Part shown: positions 48,606-60,374 of the stretch, in pieces
How the letters are laid out: each line of letters opens with the position of its first letter
Numbering within the stretch: the stretch's first letter is position 1
Assembly (NCBI GenBank): GCA_902555275.1
Contig: CACDRY010000002.1
Location: 4,250 to 68,249 of the forward strand
From: an uncultured Pelagibacteraceae bacterium
GTDB taxonomy: Bacteria; Pseudomonadota; Alphaproteobacteria; Pelagibacterales; Pelagibacteraceae
Direction of reading: 5' to 3'
Length of the DNA: 64,000 bases
Position numbers and translations under genes: made by a program
Notes under the pieces: model-generated
The model's input: only the letters and a program-made list of their open reading frames with translations
Told to the model about the DNA's origin: nothing
Database searches by the model: none

Positions 48606-49025
48606 TTACCAAGTGCCCGTATTTTTCATAGATTTCCAAGGTTCTATGGGTTCTAGGTTTCCTTCTTGAAGAATTTCAACTGATATTTTATCTGGAGATC
48701 TAACAAAAGCCATATGACCATCTCTAGGAGGTCTATTTATTGTATAACCCATATCTTTTAATCTCTGACAAGTTTCATAAATATTATCAACTCTGTAAGC
48801 TAAATGTCCAAAATTTCTAGATCCATCACCTAAATTATCTCCGTCCCAGTTATAAGTTAATTCAATTTCAGCATTTTCGTCATTTGGAGCTGCAAGAAAA
48901 ACTAATGTATATCTTCCCTTTTCATTTTCCATTCTTTTTGTTTCTTTTAGTCCTAAACCATCACAAAAAAATTTTAGTGAGTCTTCAATATTTGAAACTC
49001 TGATCATTGTATGTAAATATTTCAT
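48606..49025 (-). CDS. gloA: lactoylglutathione lyase (glyoxalase I)
   Basis: YLHTMIRV, ELTYNWD, FGHLAY, RPPRDGHMAF.RSPD..S.E. Confidence 0.9.
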   Translation of the reverse strand: MKYLHTMIRVSNIEDSLKFFCDGLGLKETKRMENEKGRYTLVFLAAPNDENAEIELTYNWDGDNLGDGSRNFGHLAYRVDNIYETCQRLKDMGYTINRPPRDGHMAFVRSPDKISVEILQEGNLEPIEPWKSMKNTGTW

Positions 49026-49047
49026 ATGGATTACTTATATAGTCTTA

Positions 49048-50622
49048 TTATTCCAATTCAATAGTACTTGGCGGCTTTGAAGTAACATCATAAACTACTC
49101 TATTAATACCTCTTATATTATTTACAATTTGATTGGATATTGACTGCATAAAAGATTTTTTAAATTGAAAGAAATCTGCTGTCATTCCATCTTCTGAGGT
49201 GATTGCCCTTAGTAAACAAAGATATTCATAAGTTCTATTATCTCCCATAACACCAACAGTCTTAACTGGAAGTAAGGCAGCATAGGCCTGCCATATCTTA
49301 TCATATAGATTATTATCTTTCAAAGATCTGATAAAGTAATCATCTGCCTCTTTTAAAATTTTTATTTTTTCTTTGGTGATTATGCCAGGCATTCTTATTG
49401 CAAGACCTGGCCCAGGAAATGGATGCCTAGATATAATTTCATTACTTAATCCAAGTTCTAATCCAAGTTTTCTAACCTCGTCTTTAAAAAGATATTTTAA
49501 TGGCTCTACCAATTTAAGTTTCATTTTTTTTGGCAATCCCCCTACATTATGATGTGATTTAATTTTTGATGTTTGGCTACCTGTAACAGATTTACTTTCA
49601 ATTAAATCAGGATACAAAGTTCCTTGAGCTAAGAATTTTACATTTTTAATTTTATTTGAATATTTTTCAAAAATTTTAATAAAGAGATTTCCTATTATTT
49701 TTCTTTTTTTTTCTGGATCATGAACATTTTTTAATTTTGACAGAAATAAATTTTCTGCATTTACATAGATTAGATTAATTTTAAATCTCTTCTTAAATGT
49801 GTGTACAACTTGCTTTTCTTCATCTTTCCTAAGTAAACCAGTATTAACAAATATACATGTTAATTTTTTCCCTATGGCATTTGACAGTAATTTAGCAACT
49901 ACACTGCTATCAACACCTCCAGATAGTGCACAAATAACCTTTGAATGTCCTACGCTATTTCTTACTTCATTTATTAATTTTTTTTTCTGGTCTCTTGAAG
50001 ACCAATTTTTAGTTAATTTACATATAGAAAATATAAAATTTTTAAGTATTAACTTTCCTTTGATAGTATGGCTTACTTCTGGGTGAAATTGAATACCAAA
50101 CATTTTTTTTTCTTCATTTTCAATAATACACATCTTAGAGTTTATACTTTGTGCAATTATTTTAAAATTTTTTGGTAATTTTGTTACTTGATCTGCATGG
50201 CTCATCCATACATTATTTTTTCCCTTAGAAAAAAAATCTTTAGTTAACTTACTTTTTCTATTTTCTTTTACTTCAGCAAGACCAAATTCTCTATGTTTAG
50301 AGCTTCTTACACTTCCCCCCATTGCTTTTGAAATAATTTGATGACCAAAACATATACCGAGTACAGGTACTCCTAGTTTAAGAATTTTATTGTTAAATTT
50401 TACTTTTTTACTCTCATAGACATTTAAAGGACCGCCAGACAAAACTATTCCTTTAATATTTTTTTCAAACTTTGTGAATTTTTTTATTTTTTTGTGACTT
50501 ACTATCTCACAATAAATACCCAGTTCTCTGATTTTTCTTGCAATTAACTGTGTAAATTGGGAACCAAAATCTACAATTAGTATTTTATTGAGAGTGTCCT
50601 CAAGACGCATCTTTTCTTTCAA
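49048..50622 (-). CDS. guaA: GMP synthase (glutamine-hydrolysing)
   Basis: [52 protein letters not shown]. Confidence 0.98.
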   Translation of the reverse strand: MKEKMRLEDTLNKILIVDFGSQFTQLIARKIRELGIYCEIVSHKKIKKFTKFEKNIKGIVLSGGPLNVYESKKVKFNNKILKLGVPVLGICFGHQIISKAMGGSVRSSKHREFGLAEVKENRKSKLTKDFFSKGKNNVWMSHADQVTKLPKNFKIIAQSINSKMCIIENEEKKMFGIQFHPEVSHTIKGKLILKNFIFSICKLTKNWSSRDQKKKLINEVRNSVGHSKVICALSGGVDSSVVAKLLSNAIGKKLTCIFVNTGLLRKDEEKQVVHTFKKRFKINLIYVNAENLFLSKLKNVHDPEKKRKIIGNLFIKIFEKYSNKIKNVKFLAQGTLYPDLIESKSVTGSQTSKIKSHHNVGGLPKKMKLKLVEPLKYLFKDEVRKLGLELGLSNEIISRHPFPGPGLAIRMPGIITKEKIKILKEADDYFIRSLKDNNLYDKIWQAYAALLPVKTVGVMGDNRTYEYLCLLRAITSEDGMTADFFQFKKSFMQSISNQIVNNIRGINRVVYDVTSKPPSTIELE

Positions 50623-51028
50623 AATCTTTTAAACGACTTTCAATTGAAACAATTTTTTTACACATATCTACACAAATTTTCTTAAAATCTTTACTCAATT
50701 CATCTGCTTTTGAAAAATTTGATCTTTCTAATTCCATATCAATTAAAAGGAACATTGCCTCTTCATTCTTAGGGTCTAAAAGTAAAGTAGTTTTGATATT
50801 CTTTTCCTCTTGTCTTTTATCTTCCTCAATTTTAAAAATTTTAGCTAAATAAAGGTAAGATGCTGAGTCTTTTGGGTTATAGACTATATTTCTGTGAAAT
50901 AAAAACTTTGAATCTTCATATTTTTTTTTGTCAAATAAATCCTTGGCTTCGTTAAAAAAATTATTTTCATTAGCTTTAACAAAAAAGCTAAATGAAATAA
51001 ATGTAAAAATTAAAATTAAGTATTTCAT
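50600..51028 (-). CDS. exported TPR protein
   Basis: Signal peptide, TPR-like helices ([16 protein letters not shown]). Confidence 0.7.
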   Translation of the reverse strand: MKYLILIFTFISFSFFVKANENNFFNEAKDLFDKKKYEDSKFLFHRNIVYNPKDSASYLYLAKIFKIEEDKRQEEKNIKTTLLLDPKNEEAMFLLIDMELERSNFSKADELSKDFKKICVDMCKKIVSIESRLKDFERKDAS

Positions 51029-51030
51029 AT

Positions 51031-52095
51031 TTATTTTTTAATAACATCTATATTATGTACCATACTTTCATAAAAACCTGCTTTAGTAATTTTAACAAAT
51101 TTTGGTTTTTTTCTCAGATCAATTACTTTCCTAGCTCCCATGTAACCCATTGAAGATTTCAAACCTCCAACTAAGTTGTATATTATTTTATCAACTTTAC
51201 CTTTGTATTTAATGTATCCCTCTACACCTTCCGCTACATATTTTGATGAATCTTTTTGTTTCGTTTGAAAATATCTGTCTGCTGAACCTTTATTCATTGC
51301 ACCTATTGACCCCATACCCCTGAAATATTTATATAATTTACCATTTTTCTTTATTTTTTTTCCAGGTGCTTCATCTGTACCTGCAAATAATGAACCAATC
51401 ATAACTGCATCTGCACCAGCTGCTAATGCTTTAGCAATATCACCAGAAAATTTTATTCCACCATCAGCAATTAATCTTGTTTTACTTTTCCCAATTCCCT
51501 TTTTAACATTTAATATAGCACTTAGTTGTGGAACTCCTATTCCTGCTACAAGTCTTGTTGTGCAAATAGAACCCGGGCCTATTCCTACTTTTATAATATC
51601 AACACCTAATCCAACCAAAAACTTTGCAGCTTCTGCTGTTGCAATATTTCCAGCACAAATTGCTGTTTTTTTGGGACGTATTTTTTTTATTTTTTTAATT
51701 ATATCTCCTACTTTTTTGGTATGTCCGTGTGCTGTATCAATTACTATTATATCTAAGTTTTCTTTTAATATTTTTTCAGCTCTATTTAATTCTTTTTCGC
51801 TTGCACCAACTGCAGCGCCTATTAATATTTTTTTTGATTTTACTTTTCTAATTTCTTTAATCTGTTCTTGTATGTTTAAGTTTCTATGAATTATTCCTAA
51901 TCCCCCAGCTCTCCCTATTGCAATGCCCATTGAAGACTCTGTAACAGTATCCATTGCAGATGACAAAAGTGGTATTTCTATCTTTAAACTTTCTGTTAGA
52001 TTCACAGATGTGTTTACTTCCCTAGGTAGAATTGATGAGTAATTTGGCGCTAAAGTAACGTCATCAAATGTTAAAGCTTCTTTAATAGTTTCCAT
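51031..52095 (-). CDS. guaB: IMP dehydrogenase lacking the CBS (Bateman) domain
   Basis: LTFDDV, SAMDTVT, DTAHGH, GIGPGSICTTR, ADGGI, RGMGS; only 354 aa. Confidence 0.95.
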   Translation of the reverse strand: METIKEALTFDDVTLAPNYSSILPREVNTSVNLTESLKIEIPLLSSAMDTVTESSMGIAIGRAGGLGIIHRNLNIQEQIKEIRKVKSKKILIGAAVGASEKELNRAEKILKENLDIIVIDTAHGHTKKVGDIIKKIKKIRPKKTAICAGNIATAEAAKFLVGLGVDIIKVGIGPGSICTTRLVAGIGVPQLSAILNVKKGIGKSKTRLIADGGIKFSGDIAKALAAGADAVMIGSLFAGTDEAPGKKIKKNGKLYKYFRGMGSIGAMNKGSADRYFQTKQKDSSKYVAEGVEGYIKYKGKVDKIIYNLVGGLKSSMGYMGARKVIDLRKKPKFVKITKAGFYESMVHNIDVIKK

Positions 52096-52134
52096 GTCCC
52101 TATATAAATGATTCTTGAAAAAATAAAAGTATAA

Positions 52135-52746
52135 CTATCTTAAATTTCTACAAATTATAAAATTTTCTTTAGAGTCTTTTCTGCTTGAAGGTGGCTTAAA
52201 AATATCAACATCTTTAAAAGATTTTTTACCTAATGCGACAATCTCGTTAAAAGATGATCCCATAAAAAGTTTAGAAATAAAATTTCCTTTTTTATTTAGA
52301 AATTCAATCGCAAAATTCATTGCCTCTAAACATAATTCTCCTGTAACTAATGAATCTACACTTTTATTACCTGTGGTGTTAACTGCCATATCAGAAACTA
52401 TAAGATCTACTTTCTTACCAAAATAATTTTTGATATTTTTTTTTTGCTGCTCCTCAGTAAAATCCCCTTTTATATGTACTAAATTTGTAATTGGCTCAAT
52501 ATCCTTTAAATCAATTGAAATTATTTTAGATTTACTAAAATTTCTTGATATATACTGAGACCAACTGCCTGGGGCTGCACCAAGATCTATAACTAAAATA
52601 TTATTTTTTATTATTTTAAATTTATCGTTTATTTCTTGCAATTTATATACAGCTCTTGATCTATAACCCTCTAATTTTGATTTTTTGACATAAATGTCTC
52701 TTTTTTGCTTAATGATCCAATTCTTAGAAAATTTATTCTTTTTCAA
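52135..52746 (-). CDS. rlmE: 23S rRNA Um2552 methyltransferase
   Basis: YRSRAVYKL, DLGAAPGSWSQ, SDMA, KP.SSR..S.E. Confidence 0.95.
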   Translation of the reverse strand: MKKNKFSKNWIIKQKRDIYVKKSKLEGYRSRAVYKLQEINDKFKIIKNNILVIDLGAAPGSWSQYISRNFSKSKIISIDLKDIEPITNLVHIKGDFTEEQQKKNIKNYFGKKVDLIVSDMAVNTTGNKSVDSLVTGELCLEAMNFAIEFLNKKGNFISKLFMGSSFNEIVALGKKSFKDVDIFKPPSSRKDSKENFIICRNLR

Positions 52747-53646
52747 CTAATTCTCAAATCTTAAGGATTTTTCAATTATATCTCCATCTAATGTTTTAAT
52801 TTTGGATATATAATCTTTATTATTTCTTATAATGTCATTATTTTTTCCTGCTAAATGTATAATTCCTATTTCATGGTTTGGTAAATATGGTTCAACAAAA
52901 GTATTTTGTTTTTTGTCAAATTTAATTGCTTCAATTAGAGTCCAGTTGCAATAAGCAGGTAGAATTTCTACATCTAAATTATCTGAATATATTGTAATAT
53001 TCATGGCTATTTGCTCTGAACCCCAAATTTTTCCAGAGGACAATGCTTTTTTTAAATTTTTTTGCCAAATTTCCCAATGAGGAGCACTTTCTTCTAAACA
53101 AAATAATCCAATATTTAAATGAGGTTTGAGTGCAACTTCTCTTGAAACTTTTTCTGAAAACCCAGATGATTTCGCATGTTTGTAATTTTGTGATTTTATT
53201 CTTGCAAAGCTACCCCATACCCAATCTGCTCTTAAAACTCTTCCATAGGATCTATCTGCTGATGTTGCTATTGATAATTTATTATTCTCACATCCTTTAA
53301 AATAAAGATCAATTGCATACCAAGAGTTTACCCACGCATCAGCATCTATCCACAAATATTTTTTATATCCTGGAAAATAATTTGGTAAGAATGCTCTAGA
53401 TACCTGACTTTTCAACCACTCTCTTCCTTTTATCTTGAAATTTGGAACTTCTATATCCCACTCAGCCTTTTTGATTTGAAATACTTTTTTTTCTAATATT
53501 TTAATTTGTTCAACAGTTAATCCTGCATCCATGATGCAAATATCTACTGTTTTGCTTTGTTCAAATCTATTAATTGAGTCAATTAATTCGATAAGAAGAT
53601 TGAAATAATTTGAATCTGCTAACGAGATTATTGTATTTTCCCTCAT
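52747..53646 (-). CDS. GT-A fold glycosyltransferase-like protein (GT8-like)
   Basis: AD.NY, WIDAD DxD motif, N.G, EQ..MN, N, IIHLAG. Confidence 0.65.
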   Translation of the reverse strand: MRENTIISLADSNYFNLLIELIDSINRFEQSKTVDICIMDAGLTVEQIKILEKKVFQIKKAEWDIEVPNFKIKGREWLKSQVSRAFLPNYFPGYKKYLWIDADAWVNSWYAIDLYFKGCENNKLSIATSADRSYGRVLRADWVWGSFARIKSQNYKHAKSSGFSEKVSREVALKPHLNIGLFCLEESAPHWEIWQKNLKKALSSGKIWGSEQIAMNITIYSDNLDVEILPAYCNWTLIEAIKFDKKQNTFVEPYLPNHEIGIIHLAGKNNDIIRNNKDYISKIKTLDGDIIEKSLRFEN

Positions 53647-54444
53647 TTATAACACATCTTCATGATGGTCAGTATCATCTGCGATAGCTTTCATATTCTT
53701 TTTAATCATAAGAAAATGCATTGAACTTATTGGTATCATTAACAAATAAATTACACCTGAAATAATAATAGCATTAAATGTATAAACAAGAAGTAGGCCA
53801 AAGTATAAGATTATTCCAAATAACAAAAATATTGACGTACTTCTTGGGACAGCAATCCTTTTAAAAGAATAAGTCGGTATTTTGCTTATTAACAATATTG
53901 AGACAATTATAAACATAACAGGTACGATAATCTGATAATTAAAGTTTAAAAACTGAAATTCACTAATACTTAATATCAATGGCATTAAAACAAGAACTCC
54001 ACCTGCTGGAGATGGGATGCCCTCGAAAAAATTATCTTTCCAAGAACTCTCTTCGTTTGATGAAACATTAAACCTTGCAAGTCTAAGTGCAACACAAACA
54101 ACATAAATCAATGAAATTAACCAACCTACTCTTCCAGTTTCAGACAACGCCCAAAAATACATTATAAAAGCTGGAGCGACACCAAAACTTATAACATCTG
54201 TAAGGGAGTCTAGTTCTTTTCCAACTTTAGAGGTACCTTTAATTAACCTTGCAATTCTACCGTCTAACCCATCAATAATTGCAGCTACTATAACTGCTAT
54301 AATTGATAATTCAAATTTACCATCAAATGCAAACTTTATTGAAGTCAATCCAATACATACTCCAACAAGTGTTAAAATATTTGGTAGAATAACTCTTGTT
54401 TTTTTATTAGAAACTAGTTTAATATTTTTATTTAGAGGCTCCAT
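53647..54444 (-). CDS. pssA: CDP-diacylglycerol-serine O-phosphatidyltransferase (start likely MEPLNK)
   Basis: LPNILT, DGLDGRIAR, G.ELDSL.DVISFGVAP, RLARFN, F.GIPSP. Confidence 0.93.
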   Translation of the reverse strand: MEPLNKNIKLVSNKKTRVILPNILTLVGVCIGLTSIKFAFDGKFELSIIAVIVAAIIDGLDGRIARLIKGTSKVGKELDSLTDVISFGVAPAFIMYFWALSETGRVGWLISLIYVVCVALRLARFNVSSNEESSWKDNFFEGIPSPAGGVLVLMPLILSISEFQFLNFNYQIIVPVMFIIVSILLISKIPTYSFKRIAVPRSTSIFLLFGIILYFGLLLVYTFNAIIISGVIYLLMIPISSMHFLMIKKNMKAIADDTDHHEDVL

Positions 54445-54448
54445 TAAA

Positions 54449-55093
54449 TCATTTTTTTGCAATTAAGGTTTCACCAGCTATAGTTTTTTGATCAACTTTA
54501 ACCAAAGGAGTATAACTTTCAAAATACATATCAGCTCTACTTCCAAATCTAATCATTCCTATTCTTGAACCTTGTTCTACGAGCTCATCTTTAGAAACTT
54601 CTGTTACAATTCTTCTTGCAACAAGTCCTGCGATTTGGACAACAATTATATCATCACCATCAGAATTTTTAATTTTATAATAACTTCTCTCGTTATCTTC
54701 ACTTGCCTTATCTAAAGATGCATTAAAAAACTTTCCTGGTTTATAAAGTATCTCAGATATCGCTCCAGAACATGGAGACCTATTTACATGACAATCAAAC
54801 ACATCCATAAAAATACTTATTTTTTTCATTTGCTTATTTTCCAAACCTAGTTCTTTTGGACCATTAGTATCCATTACTTGTAATACAACTCCATCAGCTG
54901 GACTTGTAAGATAATTTTCGTCTCCTATAGAAGTTCTTTCAGGGTCTCTAAAAAAATAATAGCACCAAATGGTTAATACCAATCCTACAAAACCAAGAAA
55001 TCCATTTATCAAATAAAGAATTATGGTTGCGATTGCAAAAATAATAATAAATTTGTATCCTTCATTGTGTATTTTTGGAAATATTTTACTCAT
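54449..55093 (-). CDS. psd: phosphatidylserine decarboxylase
   Basis: FFRDPER, SPADG, HVNRSP, QIAGLVARRI, IRFGSR. Confidence 0.95.
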   Translation of the reverse strand: MSKIFPKIHNEGYKFIIIFAIATIILYLINGFLGFVGLVLTIWCYYFFRDPERTSIGDENYLTSPADGVVLQVMDTNGPKELGLENKQMKKISIFMDVFDCHVNRSPCSGAISEILYKPGKFFNASLDKASEDNERSYYKIKNSDGDDIIVVQIAGLVARRIVTEVSKDELVEQGSRIGMIRFGSRADMYFESYTPLVKVDQKTIAGETLIAKK

Positions 55094-55171
55094 GACAATC
55101 CTATAATTGATAATTTTGGATTAATATGTATACAAAAAGAATAAATTCAACTATTAAGATATATCGAAAAA

Positions 55172-56386
55172 ATGAGTAAAATTAAGGTTAAAAACCCCAT
55201 TGTAGAGTTAGATGGCGATGAAATGACCAGAGTTATATGGGACTTCATAAAAAATAAGCTCGTTTTAACTTACCTTGATCTCAAAATTGAGTACTACGAT
55301 TTAGGAATGGAGAGTAGAGATAAAACAGAAGATAAAATAACAATTGAATGTGCTAATGCAATTAAAAGAAATGGTGTGGGTATTAAATGTGCAACCATTA
55401 CACCCGATGAAGCAAGAGTTAAAGAATTTAATCTTAAAAAAATGTGGAGATCTCCAAATGGTACAATAAGAAATATTATAGGAGGAACTGTTTTTAGAGA
55501 ACCTATAATTTGTAAAAATATTCCAAAACTTGTACCCTCATGGACAGATCCATTGATCATAGGTAGACATGCATTTGGTGATCAATACAGAGCAACAGAC
55601 TTTACAGTACCTGGCAAAGGTAAGTTAGAAATCAAATGGACTGCTGAGGATGGTTCTGATGAGAGAAAATACGAAGTCTTCAATTTCCCAGGTCCAGGGA
55701 TTGCATTATCAATGTATAATTTAGATAAATCAATAGAGGACTTTGCAAGATCTTGTTTTAACTATGGATTAATTAAAAAATGGCCAGTTTATCTCTCTAC
55801 TAAAAATACAATTTTAAAAAGATATGATGGAAGATTTAAGGATATTTTTGAAGAAGTTTTTGAAAACGAATTTAAAGATAGATTTGATCAAAATAAAATT
55901 ACTTATGAGCATAGATTAATAGATGACATGGTGGCATGTGCAATGAAATGGCATGGTAAATATATTTGGGCGTGCAAAAATTATGATGGAGACGTACAAT
56001 CAGATACAGTTGCTCAAGGATATGGGTCTTTAGGTTTAATGACAAGTGTTTTGCTTGCTCCAGATGGTAAAACAATGGAAGCTGAAGCTGCACATGGAAC
56101 AGTAACTAGACACTTTAGAATGCATCAACAAGGTAAAGAAACATCCACAAATCCAATTGCGTCCATTTTTGCATGGACGAGAGGGCTTGCTCATAGAGGA
56201 AAATTAGATGGAAATGAAGAATTGATAAAGTTCGCAGAAACACTTGAAAAAGTATGCGTTGATTGTGTTGAAGAGGGCTCAATGACTAAAGACTTAGCTA
56301 TTTTGATAGGACCTTCGACAAAGTATTTAACAACTAATCAATTTTTGGATACTTTAGATGGTAAGCTGAGACAAAAACTAAATTAA
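55172..56386 (+). CDS. icd: NADP-dependent isocitrate dehydrogenase
   Basis: [44 protein letters not shown]. Confidence 0.98.
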   Translation: MSKIKVKNPIVELDGDEMTRVIWDFIKNKLVLTYLDLKIEYYDLGMESRDKTEDKITIECANAIKRNGVGIKCATITPDEARVKEFNLKKMWRSPNGTIRNIIGGTVFREPIICKNIPKLVPSWTDPLIIGRHAFGDQYRATDFTVPGKGKLEIKWTAEDGSDERKYEVFNFPGPGIALSMYNLDKSIEDFARSCFNYGLIKKWPVYLSTKNTILKRYDGRFKDIFEEVFENEFKDRFDQNKITYEHRLIDDMVACAMKWHGKYIWACKNYDGDVQSDTVAQGYGSLGLMTSVLLAPDGKTMEAEAAHGTVTRHFRMHQQGKETSTNPIASIFAWTRGLAHRGKLDGNEELIKFAETLEKVCVDCVEEGSMTKDLAILIGPSTKYLTTNQFLDTLDGKLRQKLN

Positions 56387-59041
56387 AGTCTTAATTTTTT
56401 CAAAAGCCTCATCAATTTTATCTTTAAATTGGCCTCCTGCTTGTGCAAAATCTTTTCTACCACCTCCACCTTTTCCACCAATAATTTCAGATCCTGTTTT
56501 AGCAAATGTGACTGCATCATACTTATCAATAAGTTCATCTGTTATCCCAACAGCAAGACCTACTTTGTCCACTAAACTAGCAAAAACTACAACAATTCCG
56601 GTTTTTAGGTCTTTTTTCCCAGCATCAACCAATTTTCTTAACTCTTTAGGTGGAAGATCATCAACTTTCTGAAATCTTACACTTATATTATTTATTTTAA
56701 CATCTTGAATTATATTTTTTGAATTATTTTCTAAAATTGAACTAAATTTTAATTGCTCTAGTTGTCTTGATAATTCTTTAATTAAAATCTTATTATCTTC
56801 ATTTTCTAAATTTGGTTTGCCACCTAATTTAATTATCTGTTTTGATAAGTCATTAATCATTTCTTCATCTTTTTGTGCAGATAAGTCAGATAATTTCTCT
56901 TTATTTTGTAAAAAACTATTTAATTGATTTTCTCTAAGAGCTTCTACTCTTCTAACACCCGCTGCAATTGATGACTGACTAATAATTTTGAATTTACCAA
57001 TGTCACCAGTGTTACGTACATGAGTACCTCCACATAGTTCAGTTGAAAAATACTTATCTTTCTCATCTCCCATAGATAATACTCTAACTTCTTCTCCATA
57101 TTTCTCTCCAAATAGTGCCAGAGCTCCGTTATTTACTGCTTCTTTAGGAGTCATAATCCTTGTTTTTACCTCTGATTTTTTTTGAACCATAGAATTAACA
57201 TGATTTTCTATTTTTTCTAGTTCCTGGTCTGAAATTGGCTTCATGTGGCTAAAATCAAATCTTAATCTGTCAGGTGCAACTAATGATCCCTTTTGTGTAA
57301 CATGAGTTCCTAATACTCTTCTTAAAGACTCATGTAAAAGGTGAGTTGCTGAATGATATGCTCTAATGTTATTACGTCTATCTATATCAATTTTCAATTC
57401 AACATTATCTTTGACTTTGATACTTCCTGATTTGACTTTTCCGTAATGTACAAACAGATCACCTAATTTTTTTTGGACATCTGTTATCTCAAACTTAAAG
57501 TCTCCAGATATTATTTCACCTGTATCTCCCACCTGTCCCCCAGACTCTCCATAAAAAGTAGTTTGATTTAGAATAATAATTCCTTCATCGTTTTCATTCA
57601 ATTCATTTACTTCTTTGTTGTCTTTTAATAATGATAAAATAATACCTTCTGCTTGATCAGTCTCATATCCTAGGAATTCTGTAGGACCTAATCGATCTTT
57701 TATCGAAAACCAAATATCATCTACCGTACTATCACCTGAACCTTTCCAATTTTTCTTAGCAAGTTCTTTACTTTCTTTCATTAAACTTTGAAATTTATCA
57801 TTATCAATTGTCAAAGATTTATTTTTTAATATGTCTTGTGTCAGGTCTAATGGAAAGCCGTAGGTATCATAAAGTTTAAAAGCTACTTCTCCAGGTAACA
57901 GCTTGTCTATTTTAGCTATTTCCTCATTTAATATTTTAATACCTCTGTCTAAAAGAATTAAAAATTTTTCTTCCTCCATTCTTAATGTTTCTTTTATTAA
58001 AGATTCAGCTCTTTCTATTTCTGAGTAATTACCTTTCATCTCATCTTTTAAAGTTTTGAAAATATTATAAAAAATAGGCTCTTTAGACCCAAGAAAATGA
58101 GAATGCCTCATTCCTCTTCTCATTATTCTTCTTAAGACATAACCTCTTCCCTCGTTTGATGGCAAAACTCCTTCTGCAATTAAAAATGAACTTGCTCTTA
58201 AGTGATCTGCTATTACTCTAAAACTTGCTAAATTTTCTTTATTTGGTTTAACTTTTAAAATTTCTGCAGCAGAATTAATTATTTTTTTAAAATGATCTGT
58301 TTCATAGTTATCGTGAGTTCCTTGAAGTAATGCAGCAATTCTCTCCAAGCCCATTCCAGTATCAACTGATGGTTTTGGCAGATTAATTCGTTTATCTTTT
58401 GAAATTTGCTCATATTGCATAAAAACTAAATTCCAAATTTCTATAAATCTATCTCCATCCTCATTTTTTGTTCCAGGCAATCCACCTTCAAGATGGTCTC
58501 CATGATCATAAAATATTTCTGAACAAGGACCGCAAGGCCCTGTTTCACCCATGGACCAAAAATTATCAGATGATGCTATCCTAATGATTTTATCTTCATT
58601 TAACCCAGCAATTTTTTTCCAGTAATTAAAGGCTTCATCATCATCATGGTAGACAGTTACATAAAGTCTGTTCTTATCTAAACCAAATTCCTTTGTTATT
58701 AAATTCCACGCAAGTTCAATAGCTCTTTCTTTGAAATAATCGCCAAAGGAAAAGTTTCCAAGCATCTCAAAAAATGTGTGATGTCTTGGTGTATAGCCAA
58801 CATTTTCAAGATCGTTATGCTTACCACCTGCTCTTACACATTTTTGGGATGTTGTAGCTCTTTGATAGTCTCTCTTTTCAAGTCCAGTAAACACATTTTT
58901 AAATTGAACCATTCCAGAATTGGCAAACATCAATGTTGGGTCATTATTTGGAACTAAATTGCTAGACTCAACTATTTTATGATCATTTTTTTCAAAATAA
59001 TTTAGGTAAGCTGACCTTATTTCATTTAATGTTTTAGCCAT
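56378..59041 (-). CDS. alaS: alanine-tRNA ligase
   Basis: [57 protein letters not shown]. Confidence 0.98.
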   Translation of the reverse strand: MAKTLNEIRSAYLNYFEKNDHKIVESSNLVPNNDPTLMFANSGMVQFKNVFTGLEKRDYQRATTSQKCVRAGGKHNDLENVGYTPRHHTFFEMLGNFSFGDYFKERAIELAWNLITKEFGLDKNRLYVTVYHDDDEAFNYWKKIAGLNEDKIIRIASSDNFWSMGETGPCGPCSEIFYDHGDHLEGGLPGTKNEDGDRFIEIWNLVFMQYEQISKDKRINLPKPSVDTGMGLERIAALLQGTHDNYETDHFKKIINSAAEILKVKPNKENLASFRVIADHLRASSFLIAEGVLPSNEGRGYVLRRIMRRGMRHSHFLGSKEPIFYNIFKTLKDEMKGNYSEIERAESLIKETLRMEEEKFLILLDRGIKILNEEIAKIDKLLPGEVAFKLYDTYGFPLDLTQDILKNKSLTIDNDKFQSLMKESKELAKKNWKGSGDSTVDDIWFSIKDRLGPTEFLGYETDQAEGIILSLLKDNKEVNELNENDEGIIILNQTTFYGESGGQVGDTGEIISGDFKFEITDVQKKLGDLFVHYGKVKSGSIKVKDNVELKIDIDRRNNIRAYHSATHLLHESLRRVLGTHVTQKGSLVAPDRLRFDFSHMKPISDQELEKIENHVNSMVQKKSEVKTRIMTPKEAVNNGALALFGEKYGEEVRVLSMGDEKDKYFSTELCGGTHVRNTGDIGKFKIISQSSIAAGVRRVEALRENQLNSFLQNKEKLSDLSAQKDEEMINDLSKQIIKLGGKPNLENEDNKILIKELSRQLEQLKFSSILENNSKNIIQDVKINNISVRFQKVDDLPPKELRKLVDAGKKDLKTGIVVVFASLVDKVGLAVGITDELIDKYDAVTFAKTGSEIIGGKGGGGRKDFAQAGGQFKDKIDEAFEKIKTLI

Positions 59042-59090
59042 ATTTAACCAAAATACAGCATTTTTATATGATGTCTACACTTCTGAAGGG

Positions 59091-59122
59091 AAAAAAGGCA
59101 CCCAATTGAGCGCCTTTTTTTT
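59091..59122 (-). terminator. intrinsic terminator downstream of recA
   Basis: Minus strand GGCGCTC-AATT-GGGTGCC (with G-U pairs) followed by TTTTTT. Confidence 0.85.
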
Positions 59123-59141
59123 AATAACTAAAAGTTATCTG

Positions 59142-60287
59142 CTAATTCTTTTTAGTAGGTGCTTCATCCTCTTTTTTCTGCGCTTCAAGCTTTTCTTCAC
59201 TTAATGGGTTGCCTTCAATCTTTTTTGAAATAACACCAGCTTTTTCTCTAATAGCCATCTCAATTTCAGCCGCAGCTTTTGGATTTTGTTCAAGGTAAAG
59301 TTTAGCGTTCTCTCTACCTTGACCAATTTTTTCACCTTTATAAGCGTACCAAGCTCCTGATTTTTCAACAATCTCGGCTTTGGCACCAAGGTCGATTAGT
59401 TCCCCTACTTTACTAATTCCTTTTCCATACATTAAGTCAAACTCAACAACTTTAAATGGTGGTGCAACTTTGTTTTTAACAACTTTTACTCTTGTTGTAT
59501 TTCCGACAATCTGCTCTTTATCTTTTATTGCTCCAATTCTTCTAATATCCATTCTTACTGAAGAATAAAATTTCAAAGAGTTCCCTCCAGAAGTTGTTTC
59601 TGGACTTCCAAACATTACACCAATTTTCATTCTAATTTGGTTAATAAATATAACCATTGTATTAGTTCTGGATATTGATCCTGTTAATTTTCTAAGAGCT
59701 TGAGACATTAGTCTTGCTTGTAGACCAACATGGTGATCCCCCATATCTCCTTCAATTTCTGCTCTTGGAGTTAATGCTGCAACTGAGTCGACTACTAAAA
59801 CAGACATTGAGCCAGACTTAATTAAAGTATCTGTTATTTCCAATGCTTGTTCACCAGTATCTGGCTGTGAAATAAGCAATTCTTCAGTATTAACACCTAA
59901 TTTCTTTGCATAAACTGGGTCCAATGCATGCTCTGCATCTACAAATCCACATATTCCTCCTGCTTTTTGTGCTTCAGCAACAACTTGTAAAGCTAATGTG
60001 GTTTTACCAGATGACTCTGGTCCATAAATTTCAACAATTCTACCTTTTGGTAATCCGCCTATTCCAAGTGCTAAATCCAAACTTAAAGATCCAGTAGAAA
60101 CGGACTCTATATCCATTGCTTTTTGTTCTCCAAGCTTCATCACAGAGCCTTTTCCAAAACTATCTGTTATTTGGCTAATTGCAGCATCTAGTGCTTTATT
60201 TTTTTCTTTATCTTCCAATTCTTTATCTTTTGCGGTTTTCACCACTTTTAAGTTATTTTTAGTCATTTTTTGCCTCGTTTTTTTCAT
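59142..60287 (-). CDS. recA: recombinase RecA
   Basis: [51 protein letters not shown]. Confidence 0.99.
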   Translation of the reverse strand: MKKTRQKMTKNNLKVVKTAKDKELEDKEKNKALDAAISQITDSFGKGSVMKLGEQKAMDIESVSTGSLSLDLALGIGGLPKGRIVEIYGPESSGKTTLALQVVAEAQKAGGICGFVDAEHALDPVYAKKLGVNTEELLISQPDTGEQALEITDTLIKSGSMSVLVVDSVAALTPRAEIEGDMGDHHVGLQARLMSQALRKLTGSISRTNTMVIFINQIRMKIGVMFGSPETTSGGNSLKFYSSVRMDIRRIGAIKDKEQIVGNTTRVKVVKNKVAPPFKVVEFDLMYGKGISKVGELIDLGAKAEIVEKSGAWYAYKGEKIGQGRENAKLYLEQNPKAAAEIEMAIREKAGVISKKIEGNPLSEEKLEAQKKEDEAPTKKN

Positions 60288-60316
60288 TTATTAACATTCG
60301 AATCATGAAAATAAAT

Positions 60317-60331
60317 GTACACATTTTGTTC
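60317..60331 (-). promoter_or_regulatory. alphaproteobacterial LexA (SOS) box upstream of recA
   Basis: Minus strand GAAC-aaaatgt-GTAC (GAAC-N7-G[A/T]AC), 30 bp upstream of start. Confidence 0.8.
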
Positions 60332-60374
60332 TCATTGGCAATATTTTTTTAAAATTAGGTCTAGAAGTCCCTAT

